The notes beneath the pieces are model-generated. The model saw nothing but the letters and a program-made list of their open reading frames with translations, was not told the DNA's origin and made no database searches. From Bacteroidota bacterium (GTDB lineage Bacteria; Bacteroidota; JABWAT01), in assembly GCA_017303995.1 (NCBI GenBank), contig JAFLBE010000009.1, positions 13,993 through 77,992 on the forward strand: a DNA stretch of 64,000 bases, read 5' to 3'. The stretch's first letter is position 1. The number at the start of each line of letters is the position of its first letter. Positions 49,449 to 57,900 of this stretch are shown piece by piece. Made by a program: the position numbers and the translations under genes.

Positions 49449-52280
49449 TTATTTCACAACCGTCATTTTCTTTGTTGATGAAAATGAACCTGATTTTAAA
49501 GTGTAATAATAAATTCCGCTTGGCAGATTCTTTCCGTTTACATCAATTCTATAATTTCCAGCAGGCTGAAATTCATTGACTTCTGTTTGAATCAACCGGC
49601 CAAGAATATCAAAAATCTGAAGCGAAACCAAACCTGAATTGGAAAGGGAATACCTGATTACCGTTGTCGGATTGAACGGATTCGGGTAATTCTGTTCAAG
49701 CACAAATCCAACCGGATTATTCTTTCCATCAACAGAAACGACATTTGGTTTGGTGTCGTACCAGACAGAATTGTAATACCAACCTTCTTTATCCCGTGTC
49801 AAATCTGCAGTTTGTGGCTGTCCGCCGTTGTTGAAAATGAGGTTGGCAGACTTCGTCCCTTTCAAGGTGTATGTATACCAGCCATTTCCTTCATTTGTCA
49901 TTAGAACGCCCGGCCAGGAGGTTATCTGTGCATTTCCGGCATTCCACCAGTAAATATGCGGATTGGTATAATTAGCCGGTTTATAAAAATGAACCGTCAG
50001 GGAATCACCGGTTGGCGTCACTGAGGTATCATTGCCCGAAACGTTGAATCCGTAATTTTTCCCGCCATTGTTATCCCAGGAATTGTCATTGTAATTGATT
50101 ACAAATGCTACTTTGGTCACTTTTTGCGCCGGTTTGTTGAACGGACCAATTTTAATCGTTAACCAGCTTGAATCATTGGGTCCTGCAAAAGGCGTCTGAA
50201 TGGCCGGACCCGATCCGAATAAAACAGAACCAGCCGGTTGATAAACGGCATTTGGTGTTTGCCAGGTTCCGCCCACATTGTTTACACCCCAATGGAGTTT
50301 TCCGCCCTGAGTTGCACCTTTTACAGTGACCGTAACCGTGTCATCAATAGTAGGTTCAAGCGGGTAAATAACCACCGACTCATCGCCACCACCACCGCCT
50401 CCGCCCGAATTATTTCCGACCCAGACATGAAGAATAACCGATTTTTCCGTATTGCCAAGACTGTCAGTTGCTTCAACATAATAATCAAGCAGTTTTTCTG
50501 AATAACCGGTCACCTTTGCCGAATATTCTTTTGCAATCTTAATCGGCATGGGGTTCGTTTTTGGCGTCCAGGTGGTTGAAGTCATTGGAAGTGAAATCCA
50601 CTCAGAAACTTCTGAGCCGCCCGAGTAAGTTTCATTATCAGTTGAAGAGGGTGAATTCATTCCGTCATTATCGGTCCGGATTTTCAGAGTGACAGATGTT
50701 AAGCCATTGAAATCATAAGCATAGGTCCAGACGGTGAACTCTTTGGGCTGGGCAATTTCCCACTCAGTTCCACCCGGATTGTACGGCTCCCGCTGGGGGA
50801 CGAAAATGGTTGGGGCTGTCTGATCATTTGCTTTATTGATAACCGGCAGCACACTTTGAACTGCAAGATTTGAACCCCGTGTCGGATGGGAATCCCACAT
50901 TTCTGTACCATCCCAATACCAATAGTCAGAAGCCTGTGCATTCATGAGGTATTTCCAGCCAGTTTCGGTTTCTGAACTTGCCGGATTTTGCTGCTGAGCC
51001 ATCGAAACCAGATTTTGTGCGGCGGTAACGGCTGCCCAACTGTTCCGATCCGGACTGTAATTATCAACACCAGGATCACCCAGCCATTTCTTGAATTCAG
51101 GATCGCCTGCATCGGCGCCGGCCCAACTGCCTGATTCAACGTGAATGACGTCATTCGGATCTGGAGGATACGTATCCAGATAATCCTGAACTGTGGTGCA
51201 ATTAAACCGTGTCGGATTTGCTTTCACCCAATCTACAAATGCCTGAAAATTACTTTGATAATAATAGTCAGCACCACCGCCGAAATTATCTCCGTCATGG
51301 TGAAGCACAATCAGAATCGGATGTGCCGGATCGGTGTTGTAACTCTCAAGCTGACTCATCACCGTTTCATAATTCAGGGCACCAAACCCGCCACGGCCAT
51401 CTTCATTTCCAAGATAACGGTCGGTCGGGACAGCAATAATCTTTTTGGTTTCGCCGGTTTCAGGATTGGTGTAAGCGACAAAGTGTGGTTGCCGTCCCCA
51501 TTTTGCAGAGTTTTTGGTCGGGGCCCAGAGTCCGTTTAACTGAACCCAATCGTTCGGATTTGAATTGATTTGGTCGGCTTTATTCGGTTCGACGACACTT
51601 CCGCCTTTATTCCAGGGGTAACCACCGGCTGCACGGTCGAAGTGAATGTTGTCAACCAAAGCCCATTCGATATTTTCCTCTGCAAGTGCCGGAACCATCC
51701 GGTCAGCAAAAGCATTTTCCGGCGGAAAAATCCCTTTTGAATAGGCACCACCAAAATTGGTTGAAATTGCATCTTTATGCAGTTTGATCTGTTTCCTGAT
51801 GTCTTCGTACCGGATGAGTCCCATCAGCGGGTGATGGTAGCCAAATCCGATCAGATCAGTTCTTGGGTTTCCCTTTGTGGTCAGACTTTTTTTCGCATCG
51901 ATCCAGTTTTGTTTCCAGTTCTGGAATCCTTTTCCTGCAGCTTCAAGAGTGTTCAGGTTTTCGATGAGAGATCCGGTCAGACTCACCTGTGCCCCGAAAT
52001 TGGGAAGGGAAGCACCTTTTGCAACAGCATCCTTTGGCCAGCTTGTGTACGGCCCTGTCCGGCTGGTGTGAATGTTGACAACGGAATAGGAATAGGCAGC
52101 ACGATTTTCAGTTTGTATAATGGATTCATACGGCCAGTAAATGGGTTGGTGCATGTGCCAGAGAAACGCAATCTGGATGGGTGGATTTGCTGTTTCTTTT
52201 TTCTGGGCGGAAAGTTGGGCTGTAACTGTGAGCAGACTGATTGCCAGAAAAAGGATTCTGGCGGATACCGGGTTTTGCAT
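49449..52280 (-). CDS. secreted glycoside hydrolase (GH57-like catalytic domain) with starch-binding-like beta-sandwich modules and a T9SS C-terminal sorting domain
   Basis: There is a signal peptide. The N-terminal segment HMHQPIYWPYE fits the GH57 HxHQPxY pattern. A poly-Gly linker (GGGGGGG) follows. Two CBM-like modules have GWY/IFNNG/QT.DL patterns. The C-terminal ~80 aa (NYPNPFNPTTVIRYSL...GIYYYTLKSGSFSSTKKM) matches the T9SS/Por secretion tail. Confidence 0.55.
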   Translation of the reverse strand: MQNPVSARILFLAISLLTVTAQLSAQKKETANPPIQIAFLWHMHQPIYWPYESIIQTENRAAYSYSVVNIHTSRTGPYTSWPKDAVAKGASLPNFGAQVSLTGSLIENLNTLEAAGKGFQNWKQNWIDAKKSLTTKGNPRTDLIGFGYHHPLMGLIRYEDIRKQIKLHKDAISTNFGGAYSKGIFPPENAFADRMVPALAEENIEWALVDNIHFDRAAGGYPWNKGGSVVEPNKADQINSNPNDWVQLNGLWAPTKNSAKWGRQPHFVAYTNPETGETKKIIAVPTDRYLGNEDGRGGFGALNYETVMSQLESYNTDPAHPILIVLHHDGDNFGGGADYYYQSNFQAFVDWVKANPTRFNCTTVQDYLDTYPPDPNDVIHVESGSWAGADAGDPEFKKWLGDPGVDNYSPDRNSWAAVTAAQNLVSMAQQQNPASSETETGWKYLMNAQASDYWYWDGTEMWDSHPTRGSNLAVQSVLPVINKANDQTAPTIFVPQREPYNPGGTEWEIAQPKEFTVWTYAYDFNGLTSVTLKIRTDNDGMNSPSSTDNETYSGGSEVSEWISLPMTSTTWTPKTNPMPIKIAKEYSAKVTGYSEKLLDYYVEATDSLGNTEKSVILHVWVGNNSGGGGGGGDESVVIYPLEPTIDDTVTVTVKGATQGGKLHWGVNNVGGTWQTPNAVYQPAGSVLFGSGPAIQTPFAGPNDSSWLTIKIGPFNKPAQKVTKVAFVINYNDNSWDNNGGKNYGFNVSGNDTSVTPTGDSLTVHFYKPANYTNPHIYWWNAGNAQITSWPGVLMTNEGNGWYTYTLKGTKSANLIFNNGGQPQTADLTRDKEGWYYNSVWYDTKPNVVSVDGKNNPVGFVLEQNYPNPFNPTTVIRYSLSNSGLVSLQIFDILGRLIQTEVNEFQPAGNYRIDVNGKNLPSGIYYYTLKSGSFSSTKKMTVVK

Positions 52281-52440
52281 AATTCCTTACCTGTGGCGAT
52301 ATAATGAAAGGGCTTCCATTTAAATCAAAGGTAATGAAAAATTTTCAAAAGTCACAGGATGTAAATCACGTTAGGAAAGCATTTTGTTTGAATTGACAAC
52401 ACCAGAAACACCTTTGAGTTTTCTGTTGTAAACTAGTTTG

Positions 52441-52603
52441 AAGCACCATAGGTGCGACCCATTTGTAGAATCAAAATCGATTTAAGATTGAAGCTCCATC
52501 GGAGCGACCTGTACAGAATCAGGGAAAGGGTAAACAGGTCGCTGCTCTGCAGCTATTTTGAGGGATGGGTTGGTTTTCTACAAACAGGTCAGGGCTACGC
52601 CCT
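52441..52603. repeat. copy 1 of a ~160-bp structured direct repeat
   Basis: It is near-identical to 52728-52890. It contains internal inverted repeats (GCACC-ata-GGTGC; TTTGTAGAA...TTCTACAAA; GCGACCTGT...ACAGGTCGC). Confidence 0.7.
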
Positions 52604-52727
52604 TCCAAAATACCTAATAAAATTGAATTTAAATCCAATATTAGAATATTAATTACAAGAATGGTTGAGGGAATTAAGGTTAACAAAACAGATACTCACT
52701 TTAGTTTTCTGTTTTGTACAAGTTTGC

Positions 52728-52890
52728 AGCACCATAGGTGCGACCCATTTGTAGAATCAAAATCGCTTTAAGTTGGAAGCTCCGTCGGAGCGACCTGTAC
52801 AGAACAAGGGAAAGGGAAAACAGGTCGCTGCTCTGCAGCTATTATGTGGGCTGGGTTGGTTTTCTACAAACAGGTCGGGGCTACGCCTCT
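52728..52890. repeat. copy 2 of the ~160-bp structured direct repeat
   Basis: It is a near-identical direct copy of 52441-52603 with about a dozen substitutions, several of them on paired stem positions. Confidence 0.7.
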
Positions 52891-53159
52891 TCTTTTATAT
52901 CCATCCCGTCGACAACACCCATGATGATGGCGTTGGCGGGCATTTTGTCTGATCCGGTCATTTGCTTCACCACATCACCTTCCTGAGCAACCAAAACCGT
53001 ATCACCGACGCCTGCAGACGAAAAATCAATGGCGAGAAGATCTGATCCATCTGGTTTGCCGTCAAGTCCGATAGGCTGAACGATAAGCAGTTTGCTGGAA
53101 TCAAGATTGTTGTTTTTAACCGGAGCGACAACCGTTCCGGTTACTTTGGCTAAAATCAT
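52881..53159 (-). CDS. EutN/CcmL/PduN-family bacterial microcompartment vertex protein (orphan)
   Basis: MILAKVTGTVVAPVKNNNLDSSKLLIVQPIGLDGKPDGSDLLAIDFSSAGVGDTVLVAQEGD aligns closely with EutN/CcmL (MxxAxVIGTVVsT...KLLlV...dG...A.D..GAG.G..VLV). Its start overlaps the glmM-like stop (ATGA). Confidence 0.6.
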   Translation of the reverse strand: MILAKVTGTVVAPVKNNNLDSSKLLIVQPIGLDGKPDGSDLLAIDFSSAGVGDTVLVAQEGDVVKQMTGSDKMPANAIIMGVVDGMDIKEEA

Positions 53160-54523
53160 GGTGTCATCATCGCACGGATTTTCGCCACGTACGTTTCCCC
53201 GAGGGTATCGGCCTCAGATTGGGTTGGTGCTTCTGTATAAATGCGGATGATTGGTTCTGTGTTCGATTTTCTCAGATGAACCCAACGGTCAGGCAAACTG
53301 ATTTTCAATCCGTCACGCTGATCAATCTTTCCATCTTTTTCTGAAGCAGACAGTTTGGCAATGATGTCATCCGGATTGTTTTTCCCTAGATCAACTTTCT
53401 TTTTTCCCATTTCAAAATTGGGAAGACCGGCACGAAGAACGGAAATTGGCTTATTTCCTTCAACAAACCAGGCCACAATCAGCAACGCAGCAACCAGGGA
53501 ATCCCGGCCATAATGAGATGCCGGAAGAATCACACCGCCGGAGCCTTCACCGCCGATGACAGCCCCTTTTTCCTGCATCATTTTCACCACATTGATTTCA
53601 CCGACTTTTGACCGGTGACAGGTCACACCATACCGTTTTGCAACTTCTTCAACTGCCTGTGTTGTCGAAAGATTGACTACAACGTCACCCTTTTTCCGTT
53701 TGAGGATGTAATCAACGGCTGCCGTAATTGTGTATTCTTCGCCCATGGGTTCGCCATTTTCGAGAATCACCGCCAGACGGTCTGCATCCGGGTCAACGGC
53801 AAGTCCGAGATCTGCTTCTTCGAGTTTCACCCGGGCCATTAAATCGGTCAGGTTGTGCGGAAGAGGTTCAGGAACGTGTGGGAAAAGTCCGTTCGCACCA
53901 CAGTTCATTCTGATGACTTCACAACCCAGTTTTTCAAGCAATTCAGGAAGGGCAACTGAACCGGCACCTTCAACCGCATCGAGAACTACTTTGGGTTTTC
54001 TTTTTTGGATGGATGCATAATCGATAAAATCAAATTCCATCATCATGCTGATGTGAGTTTGGTGGTAGTCTCTGATCTTTTTAAAAGAACCGGTTTTATC
54101 ATAGTTGACGGAAATGAATTTACCCGATTCTTTGATTTTCAGGAGGGCTTCACCTTCTTCGGGCGACATAAATTCGCCGGTATGATTCAGGAGTTTCAGG
54201 GCATTCCATTCCGCCGGATTGTGGGAAGCTGAGACGATAATGCCGCCTTGTGCGCCAAATTGTTCAACGCCAATCTGAACGGTCGGAGTTGGCACCACGC
54301 CAAGATCGATAACATCACATCCGCACCAGTTTAGAGTTGAGCTCACCAGTTCGGAAACCATTTTCCCGGTGATGCGGGAATCCCGGCCGAGAACGATGGT
54401 TGCTTTTGGAAAAGATTGCCTGACCCAGGTGGCGTAAGCAGATGAAAAATCGACGATAACCTGCGGAGTGAGTCCGTCACCCACAATTCCCCGGATTCCG
54501 GAGACGCTGACCATTAAAGGCAT
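53156..54523 (-). CDS. glmM: phosphoglucosamine mutase / phosphohexomutase family (GlmM-like)
   Basis: The N-terminus has GIRG. The active-site phosphoserine loop is SASHNP. It has the four-domain alpha-D-phosphohexomutase layout and is ~455 aa. Confidence 0.75.
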   Translation of the reverse strand: MPLMVSVSGIRGIVGDGLTPQVIVDFSSAYATWVRQSFPKATIVLGRDSRITGKMVSELVSSTLNWCGCDVIDLGVVPTPTVQIGVEQFGAQGGIIVSASHNPAEWNALKLLNHTGEFMSPEEGEALLKIKESGKFISVNYDKTGSFKKIRDYHQTHISMMMEFDFIDYASIQKRKPKVVLDAVEGAGSVALPELLEKLGCEVIRMNCGANGLFPHVPEPLPHNLTDLMARVKLEEADLGLAVDPDADRLAVILENGEPMGEEYTITAAVDYILKRKKGDVVVNLSTTQAVEEVAKRYGVTCHRSKVGEINVVKMMQEKGAVIGGEGSGGVILPASHYGRDSLVAALLIVAWFVEGNKPISVLRAGLPNFEMGKKKVDLGKNNPDDIIAKLSASEKDGKIDQRDGLKISLPDRWVHLRKSNTEPIIRIYTEAPTQSEADTLGETYVAKIRAMMTP

Positions 54524-54900
54524 ATTGAAGTCCTGAATTTAAAAAGTGAACGGCACCTCTAAAAACATAACCAGTGTCATCCCGGACCTGATCCGGGATC
54601 CAGTATTGGTGTTATAAACCGAGGTTTTAGAGGTGCTATGTAAAAATACGAAAAAAGCACGGGAAATGGAGAGTTGGATTTTTGTGTTCGCTTTTATTGG
54701 GTTGGGGGGGGAATTGAAGCAGAAATTGGGTTCGGTTTTTGGGGAAAAGGTAACAATGTTTTATTCAGAATTCAAAAACCAGTAAGGTAAATTTAAATAC
54801 CTTTATGTAAAATTGACTTAAGGTTTAACTGCTAATATCTTTGTCAGTCCCGACCCCGGGATTGCTCACCCTTCTTTTTAATTTTTCAGGACATCTGACC

Positions 54901-57900
54901 ATGAAACCTTTATTTCTGGCTGTTTCATTACTAATCTTTTTTTGTCTTCAAACAAGTAATGCTCAAGTTGGTTCCCCGGGAAATTTTGAAAAGTATGAGT
55001 TTCAGCCGGAGGCATGGAAACTTCCTGACATGTCAGCGGGCTCGGTTAATGAACATGGTGATTATACAACTTCAATTGGTCTTGCCCAAATCAGTTCACC
55101 GTCTGGGTTAGCCTTTAATTTTAATATTTATTATTCCAGTGATATTCACTATGATGATGTTTCGGGTTGGCTTGGATTGGGCTGGCAAGCCAATCCGGGT
55201 ACAATTTCAAGAAGTGTAAGGGGGGATTATACACCTTTTAATGAATCAAATATTAATGCAAGAAGTTTTAGTACAAAAGATAAAAACCCAGTTGATTTTC
55301 CTTCAAATTTGAAGGAAAACCATTGGGATGGGTATTTGGATTTATTTAATGTTTCCTTACCGGATGGTACTAACCTGGAAATGGTTGTAGAAGAGAGTGG
55401 AATAACATCCGCTTCTCAAACCCATCAGTTCAAAGTATTAAACGAAAAGGGATTTTCAGTTGAAGCAAAATTTGGGCCTGTTTCTGATCGGACCGGTACT
55501 GTTTCTGTGGCACAGAATAAGTATTATGCTGATGGGATTTCTGCAACCGATTACACTTCTTTTATTATTACTGCACCAAATGGGATCCGGTATCTTTATT
55601 GCCAGCCAACTCTGGAACTGAATATTGGCTTCGGTACCAGTCAATCAGTTTATGTGAGTACCTGGAGAATTGGTGCAATTATCGGACCTGAATATAAAGG
55701 TAACATTTGGTCAGCGGATAACAATCCTACAGCAAATTCGATTGTTTTCCGCTATGGTCATGAAACCATGAATACGACGCAAAAGGTTTTCCCAAATAGG
55801 CTTTTAACTGGTCTTAGTGTTCTTGTTGGGGATAAATTAAATGCGGATTACAAATATGAAGCTATTTCTCATCTAAAATACCTTATCTCAGTTGAATCAA
55901 AAACCCAAAAATTGAGTTTGACTTATATTGATGACATTACCACTGAAAAAAATAGTCAGATTCCGTACAAGGTAACCGAAAATCAGGTTGAATCTGCTGG
56001 ATCTTGGGGTTTAATCCCAATCTTAGGCAGGAAACGAATAGATAAAATCGAAACTTATCAGAATCTGGAAAATCCCGTTTCTTCTAAGCTGGTCAAAACC
56101 GCCTCACTGGGTTATTCTATTGATTTCGGTCGTTGTTTTCTGGTTTCTTTAACTCAATCAGAATTGGAAGGAAAACAATATTTCTTTGATTATGACCTGA
56201 GCGATGCTTCAGGGGAATTTGATTATACAACAATTTGGAATTATTACAATAATAACGATGATTATGAAAGATTTACCAAGTTTAGAAATAGTCTCTATGT
56301 TTACCATCCCTATGTTGTGCCATTTGACATCAATGGTTATTATAAAACCCGTTCCCTTTCTACTGTTCCAGAATCTGATCTATTAAATGATTATACTGTT
56401 AAATCAAAGCCCAATATTGGGCAATTGACCTCAATTTCATTTCCAACAGGGAAAATTGAAAGCATTAAGTATACCAAAAAACAGATAACCAGCCAAAAGA
56501 CTTATGATTTTGGCTGGAGTGGATTTACAAAGTATAAAGTTATACCCTACAGTTATAGTGATTTAGAAAATAAATATAACAAACAAATCAGTAAAAATGC
56601 ACTATTCCATGTTGCAAAGTACTTTGAGGGAGATATTGATTTTTTTACAAAAAGCTGTCCTGAAAAAATCACAATCTCGGATGATACAAATGTTGGTGAA
56701 ACAATAAAATTATACTCCTACGAAAAACCAGTTTTTCCCGGAATTGTTCGTGAAATGCACTTCAATGACTTCACCCGCTTGATGGATGAAGGGCCAGACA
56801 ATACCTGTCTTTCAGAGGCCACTTATGGTTTGTGGGCATCCGATTGGCAAAATGGTAATGCTTCCTTTCAGAACTTTGTAAATAACCTGGAACCCCTTGA
56901 TGATTTTATAACAAGCAAGGCAACCCGACTTATGGATGTTGAAGACCGGGTTTGGTTTTCTGAGGTTTATGAGACCGTTAATGAAAAAGTTGTTAATGGC
57001 CATTTTACTCATTTTAAATCTAAGCAACCCATTGGGATTTTATTGTTTAAATCTGTTTCCGGATCTCAACAATCCGTGGTCCTCATGAGCAGTAATTATC
57101 ATTTGGCTACTCTTCAAAAAGCATCGGAGCAATATTCAATTCAGGATGGAATAAGGAATTCAAAAAAAGTTTGGGAAGAAGATGATTTTTCGACAAAAAT
57201 AAAATTAAATCCGAATGGACCCAATTTCTCCACTTACCCAATGGAAGATTTTGAAAGCCATTATAATTTTAAAAAATTACCAGAAATTGAAATAGCGGAT
57301 GGTCTTAAACTTGAAAAAACGTTCCGTTCATTTGACTATGCCGGAAACCTGGTTTTTCAGGCAGATTATACAGGTAAGGTGAACAATAGCTATCAATTCT
57401 CAATTCTTTATAATCGCTATCTATATGAAGAATCCAGTATTCCCGGTTATCAGATCCTGAAGCGAAATGCGAAAATTCAACAGATATCTGGTGTTTGGAC
57501 CGTTGATTCGTTGAAATTTATCGACCAGGATTCAGTAAAAAAATATTTGCTCCCAGTTGAGAATTTTCTGAAAGAGGCTTGTGGTCCTAATTCAGCCGGA
57601 GATAATGTAATTGAAACCAACTCAACAGGTTTCAAGCTGATATCTAATTCTATATTTCATTACAAGGATTTTGGCTCAAATAACGGTGGGTTTCAGGTTG
57701 ACTGGATTGCGAAATCAAAAGACTGGAAATGGTATCGTTACCCTAACTGGGCTCAAACCACGCTTCCCCCTGTTGATAAGTGGAAAGTTGAGTATCAGAT
57801 TACCGGCTATTATCAGTTTGGTGTGCCAAAATCTATTGATTATGGCCGATTTTCAGAATCCTATTATTTAGGAAGTAAAACAAACCCCTTTATTTCTGAT

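Noticed and set aside
50355-50425. Poly-glycine run (GGGGGGG) inside the GH57-like gene as a frameshift or pseudogene signal
   Set aside because: The reading frame is continuous across the run. The codons are mixed (GGC/GGT/GGA/GGG) and do not form a mononucleotide tract, consistent with a flexible interdomain linker.
52441-52890. CRISPR array hypothesis for the tandem repeats
   Set aside because: There are only two copies. The repeat unit is ~160 bp, far longer than CRISPR repeats (24-48 bp). The spacer is ~125 bp, no cas genes are in the window, and the copies are internally structured like RNA elements.
52452-52986. ORFs 52452..52652 (+) and 52738..52986 (+), both beginning MRPICRIKI..., plus 52565..52771 (+)
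   Set aside because: They are translations of the two copies of the ~160-bp structured direct repeat. Their identical N-termini come from the repeat, not from gene duplication. They have no start context and low-complexity composition. I treated them as non-coding.
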